From Bacillota bacterium (GTDB lineage: Bacteria; Bacillota; Sulfobacillia; JAJZYS01; JAJYTV01), in NCBI GenBank assembly GCA_021793215.1, contig JAJYTE010000001.1, forward strand, positions 18,329-82,328: a stretch of DNA of 64,000 nt. The letters are read 5' to 3'. The notes beneath the pieces are model-generated. The model searched no databases, was not told where the DNA came from, and saw nothing but the letters and a program-made list of their open reading frames with translations. Each line of letters opens with the position of its first letter. Positions within the stretch are counted from its first letter, which is position 1. Positions 49,464-58,134 of this stretch are shown piece after piece. The position numbers and the translations under genes are program-made.

Positions 49464-49592
49464 TCAGAACGGGTGCACCGGCCTGCCGCCGTAGGCGACG
49501 AGCAGGGCACCGGAGACGCCGATCGCTGAAAGCAGCAGGAGCACAACAGCCGTCCGCACTCTTTGGCGCCACGTGGCGCGGGGTTTCTCCAT
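49464..49592 (-). CDS. Small single-TM protein (42 aa)
   Basis: MEKPRATWRQRVRTAVVLLLLSAIGVSGALLVAYGGRPVHPF; SD GAGGTG; ends at a terminator. Confidence 0.5.
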   Translation of the reverse strand: MEKPRATWRQRVRTAVVLLLLSAIGVSGALLVAYGGRPVHPF

Positions 49593-49707
49593 ACGACCAC
49601 CTCGAGGTTGGCGGAGCGTTGCCGCCGAGTCTACCCACAGCATGAACCCGCGAGATGAAGGGCGTCTTAGTTCCGAATGAGAAAATCCAAAGAAGGCCGC
49701 CGCGAAG

Positions 49708-51414
49708 CTAGTCGCCGCCGCCCTGCGTGGCGAGGCGGGTCCGCAGCGCATCCGCAGCTTCCTTGAGCGGTAGAGACTCCGTCGTGCCATCAGACCGGCG
49801 GCGAACTTCGACCGCACCATGCGCGAGCGATCGGGCGCCGATCGTGGCCCTCCAGGGCATCCCCAGGAGGTCCGCGTCCTGGAACTTCACTCCGGCCGAG
49901 ACCGGGCGGTCGTCGTAGAGCGTGCAGTCCGCGCCGATGCGCGCGTAGAGGTCATCCGCCGCGGCGCGCACTTCTTCGCTCTCGCCGGCGGCCACGAGAT
50001 GGAGCGGGTACGGTGCCGCAGCTTGCGGCCATGCGACCCCCTGCGCATCGTGGTGCGCCTCGACGATCGCGGCGAGCAGCCGAGTGATCCCGATCCCGTA
50101 GGACGCCATCTGGATTGGCGCCGACCTGCCGTCCGCAGCGGTCGCGTGGGCGCCAAGGGCCGCGCTGTACAACGTGCCCAGCTCGAAGATGTTGCCGACC
50201 TCGATGCCGCGCTCCTCGGCGAGATCTGCGCCGCACGACGGGCACGGATCGCCCTGCGCTGCGAGCGCGATGTCCGCGACGACGTCCGCCGTGACATCGC
50301 GCTCCACCGAGACGCCGACGAGGTGCGCTCCTTCGCGGTTCGCGCCCGCAACGAGGCCCTCGCCGCCCCGAAGGCCGGCGTCCAGAACGATCCGAAACCG
50401 CCCTGGCAGACGGAGGCCGACTGGCCCCGCGTAGCCGACGACCAGCCCGCGGACCCGGCTCTCCTCCACGGACAAGGGGCGTACCGCAGTCCCGAGTGCG
50501 GCGTCGAGCTTTGGCAGACACACTTCGCGGTCTCCGCGCACGAGCCCGAGGATGGTCTCGTCGCCCGCGGCGCAGAACACTGATTTCATCGCCTGATGCG
50601 GCGCGATGCCGAGCTGCGTGCACAGATCCGCGATCGTCTTCGCGCCCGGCGTTTCGACCTCGCCGAGCGGTGCGCGCTCCGTGGCCCGGTGCGGCTGCGC
50701 AGCCACAGGTGCCACCTCGGCGTTCGCCGCGTAGCCGCACGCACAGGTGAGCAGCCGGTCCTCGCCGTGGGCGGACGGCATGGTGAACTCGTGGCTGCGA
50801 TGACCTCCCATGATGCCGCTGCCGGACGCCACCTCGCGCACCGGGACTTCCAGGCGCTCGAAGATGCGGCGGTAGGCCCCGGCGACCTCGGCGTAGCAGC
50901 GGAACAGGTCCTGCTCGGTCGCATGGAAGCTATAGGCGTCCTGCATCACGAACTCGCGCAGCCGCACGAGCCCGCCGCGCGGACGTGGCTCGTCGCGGAA
51001 CTTCAGCTGGATCTGGTAGAGCAGCACGGGCAGCTGGCGGTAGGAGTCCACCGCCTCCGCGACGAGCGAGGTTGCGGCCTCCTCGTGCGTCATCGCCAGG
51101 ACATGAGGGTGGCCCGTCCGGTCGCGAAAGCGCAGCAGCGACTCGTCGATCGCATCGTACCGGCCGGTGCGCTGCCAGTTGTCAGCCGGCTGCACGAGCG
51201 GCAGCAGCACCTCCTGCGCGCCGATGCGCTCGAACTCGCTGCGCACGACGTGCTCGACGCGGCGCAGCGCGCGCAGGCCGAGCGGCGTCAGGGAGTAGAT
51301 GCCGGAGCCGACGCGCTGGACGTAGCCCGCGCGCACCAGCAGCCGGTGGCTGGGCAGTTCGGCGTCGGCCGGAGCATCCTTGCGCGTGCGGAGCAGCAAT
51401 CGGGACATGCGCAT
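49708..51414 (-). CDS. proS: Proline-tRNA ligase (bacterial type with editing insertion)
   Basis: SHRLLVRAGY, THEE, KFRDEPRPRGG, GIEVGNIFELGT.YS, YGIG..R, GVKFQDADL.G. Confidence 0.97.
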   Translation of the reverse strand: MRMSRLLLRTRKDAPADAELPSHRLLVRAGYVQRVGSGIYSLTPLGLRALRRVEHVVRSEFERIGAQEVLLPLVQPADNWQRTGRYDAIDESLLRFRDRTGHPHVLAMTHEEAATSLVAEAVDSYRQLPVLLYQIQLKFRDEPRPRGGLVRLREFVMQDAYSFHATEQDLFRCYAEVAGAYRRIFERLEVPVREVASGSGIMGGHRSHEFTMPSAHGEDRLLTCACGYAANAEVAPVAAQPHRATERAPLGEVETPGAKTIADLCTQLGIAPHQAMKSVFCAAGDETILGLVRGDREVCLPKLDAALGTAVRPLSVEESRVRGLVVGYAGPVGLRLPGRFRIVLDAGLRGGEGLVAGANREGAHLVGVSVERDVTADVVADIALAAQGDPCPSCGADLAEERGIEVGNIFELGTLYSAALGAHATAADGRSAPIQMASYGIGITRLLAAIVEAHHDAQGVAWPQAAAPYPLHLVAAGESEEVRAAADDLYARIGADCTLYDDRPVSAGVKFQDADLLGMPWRATIGARSLAHGAVEVRRRSDGTTESLPLKEAADALRTRLATQGGGD

Positions 51415-51437
51415 GTGAGCACCTCCTCTGGACGTAG

Positions 51438-51672
51438 AGACGCCCCGCCCTGCGAAGGGCGGGGCGGGGTCCCGCGGTACCACCTTCATTCGGCCGAACG
51501 GCCATCTCGACTCGCCGACCATGGAGTCGGCGATCGCCCGATCACGGGGGCTGCCGGGCGGCTCATCGCCGCCAGCTCAGGGATGGGGTTCGCGCGCTGT
51601 GCGTCCCGGCTTCTCACCAACCGCCGGGTCTCTTGCACGCCGTAGGCGCGACTGGTCCCTTCGTCGCTCGTT
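51438..51672 (-). ncRNA. T-box riboswitch (Pro specifier)
   Basis: Minus strand: AGAGA bulge, GGTGAGAA loop, GAA-CCC specifier (51586-51588), AATGAAGGTGGTACCGCG T-box (51473-51490), terminator CGCCCCGCCC/GGGCGGGGCG. Confidence 0.93.
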
Positions 51673-51679
51673 GCGGCAG

Positions 51680-51708
51680 AGTATAGGCCGCCTGCGGGCG
51701 AACGTCAA
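51680..51708 (-). promoter_or_regulatory. SigA promoter of T-box-proS
   Basis: TTGACG-17 nt-TATACT on the minus strand. Confidence 0.85.
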
Positions 51709-51718
51709 CCGCAGAAGG

Positions 51719-53362
51719 TCACCGCCGCCAGCGGAACATGGCGTCCCAGGATCTCTCCGCGGCCGCCACTTCTGCCGCCTGGCGCACGTCGCTCCACGCC
51801 AGCAGCTCGGCCATCTCGGCGCCGAGCGGCGCGATGCCCGCCCGAGCTCCCCGTCCGCCGAAGCGGAGGAACTGCGTGCGCCGCCAGAGCACGTCGGTGA
51901 GGTGCAGCGCCATCTCCGCGCGGACAGCGTAGCGAAGTCGCATGCGCGTAAGACGCATGTCGGCTGTGGTGCCGGCACGGCCCGGCGGCAGTCCCTCCGT
52001 CAGCGAGGGCGCGCGGCAGCCGTACGGCGCGAGTTCCCTCGCCAGGAGGGTGGCCGGGATCGATTGGCTGCGCGAAAGTCTATGCAGCTCCTCCGCGGTG
52101 GGCAGGGGCACCTCCCCGCCCGGAAGAGGGCTGCGGCTCCGCGCCCTCGCCTCCGCGCTGCGCGTCGCGGGGAAGATCGTGTCGACGATGCGCTCGGCCA
52201 TCGCCCGGAACGCGGTGAGCTTCCCGCCCGCGACGTAGCTGATCCCGTTCCCCTGGGAGACCAGGCGGTAGTCGCGCGAGGTTCGCGATGGCGGGGCGCC
52301 GGGGCGTGACCGCACAAGTGGACGCACGCCCGCCCAGGCGCCGATCACCGCCGCGGCGTCGACGCCCGCGCCGGGGAAGGCCCGCCCCGCGGCATCAAGA
52401 ATGTATCGCGCGTCCTCCGGCGTAATCTCATCGGCCTCGGCGGAATCGACGTCGGTGTCGGTGGTGCCGATGTAGGCGACGAGGCCGTCGGGGATCGCGA
52501 ACATCAACCGTCCATCGGGGCCGCGCAGCACGCAGGCCGACGCGATCGGCAGGCTCTGTCGGGTGAACGCGAGGTGGACGCCCTTCGTGCGCCGCAGAAG
52601 CGGCGGGGATCCGGGGCGCTCAGCGTCCGTCCACGGACCCACGGCAACGACCACGCGCGCTGCGAGCACCAGGAAGACGTCGCCGGACTCCTCGTCGCGC
52701 ACCTCCGCGCCGCGCGCGGTGCCGTCCTCGGATGTGAGGTAGCGCAGCGCGCGGCAGTAGTTCGCGACGGCGGCGCCCGCCGCGTCAGCTCCCTGGGCGA
52801 CCGCGAGTGTCAGGCGGGCGTCGTCCGTGAGGGCGTCCTCGTAGCGGGCTCCACCCTGCAGTCCGTCGCTGCGCAGGAGCGGCATCGCCTCGAGCACATC
52901 CTGGCGGTTCAGGAGGAGGTCGCGCGAGCGCAGCGGCAGTCCTCCCAGCTTCTCGTAGAGCCCGATGCCGAGGCGCACCGCGAGGAGGGCATCGGGATCT
53001 TTGCGGTAGACGGGAAAGAGGAACGGGAGCGGGTGCACGAGGTGCGGCGCCATCTGGCGCAGAAGCGCGCGCTCGCGCACCGCCTCGCGCACGAGTCGCA
53101 CCTCGCCCTGGCGCAGGTAGCGCAGTCCGCCGTGGATCAGCCGCGTCGAGCGGCTGGAGGTCCCGCCCGCGAAGTCGCGCGCCTCGACGAGCGCCACGCG
53201 CAGGCCGCGCAGCGCAGCCTCCCGCGCGATGCCGCTGCCTGTAATCCCGCCACCGACGACCAGGAGGTCGAACTGCTCGGATGCGAGGCGCGAGAGGGCC
53301 GCCTCGCGGGAGAAGGCGCTCAGTGGTGCATGCCCCGCACGGCCTGTATGGCCTTCGACCAC
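51719..53362 (-). CDS. glpD: FAD-dependent glycerol-3-phosphate dehydrogenase
   Basis: DLLVVGGGITG, GTSSRSTRLIHGGLRYL, DDARL, KGVH, GTTD, GVRPL, GGKLT. Start uncertain (GTG 53362 or CTG 53323). Confidence 0.88.
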   Translation of the reverse strand: MVEGHTGRAGHAPLSAFSREAALSRLASEQFDLLVVGGGITGSGIAREAALRGLRVALVEARDFAGGTSSRSTRLIHGGLRYLRQGEVRLVREAVRERALLRQMAPHLVHPLPFLFPVYRKDPDALLAVRLGIGLYEKLGGLPLRSRDLLLNRQDVLEAMPLLRSDGLQGGARYEDALTDDARLTLAVAQGADAAGAAVANYCRALRYLTSEDGTARGAEVRDEESGDVFLVLAARVVVAVGPWTDAERPGSPPLLRRTKGVHLAFTRQSLPIASACVLRGPDGRLMFAIPDGLVAYIGTTDTDVDSAEADEITPEDARYILDAAGRAFPGAGVDAAAVIGAWAGVRPLVRSRPGAPPSRTSRDYRLVSQGNGISYVAGGKLTAFRAMAERIVDTIFPATRSAEARARSRSPLPGGEVPLPTAEELHRLSRSQSIPATLLARELAPYGCRAPSLTEGLPPGRAGTTADMRLTRMRLRYAVRAEMALHLTDVLWRRTQFLRFGGRGARAGIAPLGAEMAELLAWSDVRQAAEVAAAERSWDAMFRWRR

Positions 53363-54804
53363 CTGATGCGCTGCGCGCCGCGTGCCGCCTCGTCCAAGCT
53401 TGGCAGGAACTCTTGCTCTTCGACCGGCAGGTCCGCGATCTCGTCCGTCCCCGAGAAGATGCCCGCTCCGAGACCCGCCACCAGTGCGGCGCCGCGGGCC
53501 GTGGTCTCCACGTCCCGCGGCCGCAGCACGCGGAGACCGCTGAGGTCTGCCTGCATCTGGGCCAGGAGGTCCGAGCGCGCGACGCCGCCGTCGATCCTGA
53601 GATCTCCCAGGCCGCCGAGCTCCTTCGCCATCGCCTGCAGCACTTCGTCGGTGCGGTAGGCGATGGCATCGAACGCGGCCCGGGCGAGATGGGCCCGCGT
53701 CGTGCCACGCGAGAGGCCGAAAAGCGCCCCGCGGGCGAGGGGGTCCCAGTGCGGCGCACCAAGGCCGGTGAGCGCCGGCACCAGCAGCACGCCGCCGGCG
53801 TCCGGTACCTCGCGCGCGAGCGCCTCGGCCTCGGCCGGAGAGCCCACGAGCCCGAGTTCTGCCCTCAGCCACTCCAGGAGGCCGCCGGCCTGAAAGACGC
53901 TGCCCTCGAGCGCGTAGCGCAGGCCGTCGCCGATGTCCCAGGCTACGGTCGCGAGCAGGCCGCCTTCTTGCGGCGGCGCACTTTCACCGACCTGCGCGAG
54001 CAGAAAAGCGCCCGTGCCGTACGTCTGCTTCACGTCGCCCGGTCGAAAGCACCGCTGCCCGAAGAGCGCCGCCTGCTGGTCTCCGAGAACCCCGGTGATC
54101 GGGATCGGCGCACCCAGTAGGGACGGATCGCACGCACCGAAGCTGCCTGCCGAGGGCCGGATCTCGGGCAGCATGGAGCGCGCGACGCCGAAGAGGTCGC
54201 ATAGGTCCTGGGAGAACGCGCCGGCCCCAAGGTCCATCAGCAGCGTGCGCGACGCGTTCGAGGGGTCGGTCGCATGCACGCGGCCACCGGTGAGACGGTG
54301 GATCAGCCAGCTGTCGACCGTGCCGAAGCGCAGGTGTCCGGCCGCCGCGTCGCTCCCGAGCTGCCGATCGCTCCCTAGCAGCCAGGAAAGCTTCGTCGCG
54401 GAGAAGTAGGGATCCAGCACGAGCCCGGTGCGTGCGTGCAGCGCGGGCTCCTCGCCGCGGGCGCGCAGATCCTCGCAGAGCGCGGCGCTGCGCCTGCACT
54501 GCCAGACGATCGCCGGGGCGCGCGGTGCGCCGGTTCGCTCATCCCAGACGATGGTCGTCTCCCGCTGGTTGGCGATGCCGATCGCCGCGATGACCTTGGG
54601 CGATACGCCGGATGCGGAGATCGCTGCGCGCGCCGCTTCGAGTTGCGTGCGCCAGATCTCCTCCGGGTCCTGCTCGACGAAGCCCGGCTGTGGGAACCGG
54701 CTCGTGAGGGGGCGCGAGGCCTGGGCGACCGGCTTCGCCTGCGCGTCGTAGAGGATGGCGCGCGACGCGTGCGTCCCCTGGTCCAGGGCGAGCAGGTACG
54801 GCAA
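53320..54804 (-). CDS. glpK: Glycerol kinase
   Basis: LALDQGT, NQRETT, DPYFSATK, TD.SNASRT, GDQQAALFGQ, TYGTG, ALEGS, GLGAPHW. Confidence 0.92.
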   Translation of the reverse strand: MPYLLALDQGTHASRAILYDAQAKPVAQASRPLTSRFPQPGFVEQDPEEIWRTQLEAARAAISASGVSPKVIAAIGIANQRETTIVWDERTGAPRAPAIVWQCRRSAALCEDLRARGEEPALHARTGLVLDPYFSATKLSWLLGSDRQLGSDAAAGHLRFGTVDSWLIHRLTGGRVHATDPSNASRTLLMDLGAGAFSQDLCDLFGVARSMLPEIRPSAGSFGACDPSLLGAPIPITGVLGDQQAALFGQRCFRPGDVKQTYGTGAFLLAQVGESAPPQEGGLLATVAWDIGDGLRYALEGSVFQAGGLLEWLRAELGLVGSPAEAEALAREVPDAGGVLLVPALTGLGAPHWDPLARGALFGLSRGTTRAHLARAAFDAIAYRTDEVLQAMAKELGGLGDLRIDGGVARSDLLAQMQADLSGLRVLRPRDVETTARGAALVAGLGAGIFSGTDEIADLPVEEQEFLPSLDEAARGAQRIRWSKAIQAVRGMHH

Positions 54805-54870
54805 GTCGTCAAGCTCCTTCGGTTGGGCCGGATGCGCTGCAGCAGCAGGGAGCAGCCTGTTCGCCTTAAC

Positions 54871-54907
54871 GACTGCGCGGGGCGCCCCAAGGGGCGCCCC
54901 GCGCGTC
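54871..54907 (-). terminator. GC-rich hairpin after the RRM gene (no U-tract)
   Basis: GCGCGGGGCGCCCC-AA-GGGGCGCCCCGCGC core. Confidence 0.5.
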
Positions 54908-54920
54908 ACTGCGTCTCGGT

Positions 54921-55190
54921 TTAGTAACGGCGCGGCGCGCGCTCTTCGCGCGGCCGGGCCTCGTTCACCGTGAGCTGGCGACCCTGCCAGTCCGAGCCGT
55001 TCAACGCGTCGATGACGGCCTGGGCCTGCTCCTCGTTGACCTCCACGAAACCGAAGCCGCGCGAACGGCCGGTCTCGCGGTCCGTGGCGATGCGTGCGGC
55101 GACGACCTCGGCGTACTGGCCTACGGCCTGCTCCAGGTCTTCGCTCGTCACTGCCCACGGCAGGTTACCGAAGTAGATGGTCTTCTGCAT
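54921..55190 (-). CDS. Single-RRM RNA-binding protein (Rbp-like)
   Basis: RNP2 IYFGNL, RNP1 RGFGFVEV, DRETGRS, L.VNEARP. Confidence 0.93.
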   Translation of the reverse strand: MQKTIYFGNLPWAVTSEDLEQAVGQYAEVVAARIATDRETGRSRGFGFVEVNEEQAQAVIDALNGSDWQGRQLTVNEARPREERAPRRY

Positions 55191-55195
55191 CCCGA

Positions 55196-55270
55196 TGCAC
55201 TCCCTTCGAATCCGTATTCGCCAGGAAGTGCACGGAGACGAGGCACGAGGCCTGGATCCCATACGGACTC
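55196..55270 (-). promoter_or_regulatory. Structured 5' UTR of the RRM gene with two alternative folds
   Basis: Helices 55196-55204/55224-55232 (covers the SD) and 55208-55217/55261-55270 use overlapping sequence. Confidence 0.55.
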
Positions 55271-55430
55271 CGAGCGACAAGGCTACTCTAAGGCTTTTAT
55301 ACCTCACATGGCAAGCAGTTTTACAACTTGGCAGCGATGCCCGTTTCCTGCGCGAGGAGTGAGATTCATTGGCGCGGATGGTGCGGTAGAACTCTCCTGG
55401 ACGGTTGGCGGCGCCCGTGCTACATTGGCG

Positions 55431-55452
55431 CAAGTAAGTGATTGCTTGCTTG
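55431..55452. promoter_or_regulatory. Imperfect palindrome, probable TetR autoregulatory operator
   Basis: CAAGTAAGT-GATT-GCTTGCTTG just after an extended -10-like TGCTACATT. Confidence 0.5.
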
Positions 55453-55472
55453 TCCACCGGAGGTGGGCCGCT

Positions 55473-56102
55473 TTGCCGAGCGCGAGCGTCGCGCGGGAGA
55501 AGATTCTCCGGGCCGCCTTCGACCTCTTCGCGGAGAAGGGCTACGCGGGTGCGACGACCCGGGAGATTGCGCAGCGGGCCGGTGTCAACGAAGTGACGAT
55601 CTTCCGGCAGTTCGGAAGCAAGGAGATCCTCTTCCAGGAGGGCATCGAGCTCCACTCTCCGGTATCGATGCTGACGGCGGAGCTGCAGGAGCGACTCACG
55701 GGCGACGACGTGCGCGCGAACCTCGAGCACCTCGCGGAGCAGTACCTCGCCATCGCGGTGCCTAGCGCGAAGGTCATTCACATCGGTATGGCCGAGGCGT
55801 CGCGCGATCCGGAGCTGCACCGCATGACTGCGCAGATCCCGCAGCGGCTGGAGTCCCACCTCGCAGACTACCTCGAGGCATTGCGGGCGAAGGGCGAGGT
55901 CCGCCAGCGCGACTACGCGATGCTGGCCCATCTCTTCTACAGCATGCTGCTGCGCCACGCCCTCACCTCGAGCGGGGCTCCTGCAAGCATGCAGCGACCC
56001 GACATCCCCGACGCGGGCGTCGCAAAGACGCTCGCGGATCTCTTCGCATGCTACCTCCAGACCGTAGATGACATCGGATCGACCGAAGGAGGAACCCCTT
56101 GA
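55473..56102 (+). CDS. TetR/AcrR-family regulator
   Basis: LFAEKGYAGATTREIAQRAGVNEVTIFRQFGSKE. TTG start after GGAGG. Confidence 0.9.
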   Translation: MPSASVAREKILRAAFDLFAEKGYAGATTREIAQRAGVNEVTIFRQFGSKEILFQEGIELHSPVSMLTAELQERLTGDDVRANLEHLAEQYLAIAVPSAKVIHIGMAEASRDPELHRMTAQIPQRLESHLADYLEALRAKGEVRQRDYAMLAHLFYSMLLRHALTSSGAPASMQRPDIPDAGVAKTLADLFACYLQTVDDIGSTEGGTP

Positions 56103-58075
56103 GCCAACCCGAGTTTCTGCCGATCACGCCGGAGCAGCGACTCAGCCTGATCGGCGTCTTCCTAGCGATTTTCCTTGCGGCGCTTGACCAGACGATCGTG
56201 GCGACAGCCCTGCCGAACATCGTCGTCGAACTGCACGGCACCAACCTCTACGCCTGGGTGGCGACGTCGTACCTCCTGGCCTCCACCGTCGCGCTGCCGA
56301 TCTTCGGCCGCCTCGCGGAGATCGTGGCGCGCAAGTGGGTGCTCCTCAGTGCCGTCGCCATCTTCCTGGTCGGGTCGGCGCTCTCCGGCGCGTCGACCTC
56401 GATGGTGGCGTTGATCGTCTTCCGAGCCCTTCAGGGGATCGGGTCCGGCGGCATCTTCGCCGTCGGGGTGACGGTGCTGGGGCTCCTGTTCCCGCCGCGG
56501 CAGCGCGGCCGCATCCAGGGCTACTTCGGCGCGGTGTTCGGCATCGCGAACGTGCTCGGGCCGTGGCTCGGCGGCCTCCTGACGGACCACCTCTCCTGGC
56601 ACTGGATCTTCTACGTCAACATGCCGTTCGGCGCGATCGCGGCGTACTTCATCATCGTGCACATGCCGCGCCTTCAGCCGCAGACGCGCCACCGCTTCGA
56701 CTACGCCGGCGCATCGGCGATCGCGGTGATGACGGTTCCCCTGCTGCTCGCGCTCTCCTGGGGCGGGAGTTCCTACGCCTGGACGTCCTCCACGATCCTT
56801 GGCCTCTTCGCGCTGAGCGCCGTCGGCATCGCGCTGTTCATCCTCGCCGAACTGCGCAACCCCGAGCCGCTCTTCGTACTCGACATGTTCCGGGGGATCA
56901 CGTTCCGCTGGGCGATGATCGGATCGTTCTTCTACGGTGCGGCCTTCCTCGGCGCGCTGCTCTTCCTGCCGCTTTACCTCGTGCAGGTGCAAGGCATCTC
57001 GCTAACGGACTCCGGTCTGTCGCTGACGCCACTGACGCTTGGGATCGTCGTTGGGAGCTTCGTCACCGGCCAGCTCGCGTCGAAGCTGGGCCGCTACAAG
57101 GGCCTGCTGGTCGTCGGGCTCCTATGGCTGACGGCGACGCTCTACGGCTTTCACCTGCTGCTCGGGCTGCACACGCCGCTCTGGCAGATCTGGATCGTGA
57201 TGGTGCTCGTGGGCATCGGGATGGGCCCCGGCATGCCGACCTACACCCTGGCCGTGCAGAATTCTGTGCCGCTGAGCCGGATGGGTCAGGCGTCGAGCGG
57301 TGCCCAATTCTTCCGCCAGATCGGCTCGTCGCTCGGTGCCGCCCTGATGGGCGCCGTGCTCGTCTCGAGCATCCAGGCCTACATCCCGAAGTACCTGCCA
57401 GCAGGCATGCACGGCGCCCAGAGCCAGTTCTCCGCGTCGCAGGCGAGCGGCGCCGGCACTGCGTCGATCAACTCGACGGTCCACAAGACCTTCCAGGCGG
57501 CAGAACGGCAGGTCACCCTGGCGCTTGCCGGCAACGCGCAAGCCTACGCGGCCGTGCTGCGCAGCCGGGACATCCCGGCTGCGTACAAGGCGAAGATCCC
57601 TGCAGGCGGAGTGCCTGCCGAGGTGCGGGCCGGCTTCTCCAAGGCGAGGACGCTGATCGCGCGGGCCATGGAGGGAGACGCGGCGGCGCAGCGCGCCGTG
57701 CAGGCGAATCCCGAGATCCCGACGCAGGTCAAGGCGCTCGTGCAGAATCCACCGAAGAGCGCGACCGTGCGGCAGGGCGAACTGGCGCAGATCGACGCGC
57801 AGATGCAGGCGGCGGAGCCCCAGGCGATCGCCCAGGCGGTTCGAGAGGCCCAGTCCTCCGTGCGCAGTGCGCTCGGCAAGCTCGAGCGCCAAGTGACCCA
57901 CGATCTCGTGCGCGGGCTCGACGAGGGCGTGACGCAAGCGGAGCGCAGCATCTTCCTCTACGCCGCCGTGCTGGCGTTTCTGGCGCTCCTGTTCGCGCTG
58001 CTGTTGCCGAACGCGGAACTCAGCCACAAGCACCAGGCGGCCGATCACGGCCCAAAGCCCGATCCGTCGCCCTGA
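56099..58075 (+). CDS. DHA2 (14-TM) MFS efflux pump with large C-terminal loop
   Basis: ALDQTIVATALP, FRALQGIG.GG, GP.LGG, WHWIFYVNMP, FFRQIG. Confidence 0.92.
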   Translation: MSQPEFLPITPEQRLSLIGVFLAIFLAALDQTIVATALPNIVVELHGTNLYAWVATSYLLASTVALPIFGRLAEIVARKWVLLSAVAIFLVGSALSGASTSMVALIVFRALQGIGSGGIFAVGVTVLGLLFPPRQRGRIQGYFGAVFGIANVLGPWLGGLLTDHLSWHWIFYVNMPFGAIAAYFIIVHMPRLQPQTRHRFDYAGASAIAVMTVPLLLALSWGGSSYAWTSSTILGLFALSAVGIALFILAELRNPEPLFVLDMFRGITFRWAMIGSFFYGAAFLGALLFLPLYLVQVQGISLTDSGLSLTPLTLGIVVGSFVTGQLASKLGRYKGLLVVGLLWLTATLYGFHLLLGLHTPLWQIWIVMVLVGIGMGPGMPTYTLAVQNSVPLSRMGQASSGAQFFRQIGSSLGAALMGAVLVSSIQAYIPKYLPAGMHGAQSQFSASQASGAGTASINSTVHKTFQAAERQVTLALAGNAQAYAAVLRSRDIPAAYKAKIPAGGVPAEVRAGFSKARTLIARAMEGDAAAQRAVQANPEIPTQVKALVQNPPKSATVRQGELAQIDAQMQAAEPQAIAQAVREAQSSVRSALGKLERQVTHDLVRGLDEGVTQAERSIFLYAAVLAFLALLFALLLPNAELSHKHQAADHGPKPDPSP

Positions 58076-58134
58076 CGGCGTAGCGCAGCGTATGGTAGGG
58101 TCAATGTAGCGAAACGGGCTTCCCGGGAGGCGAC

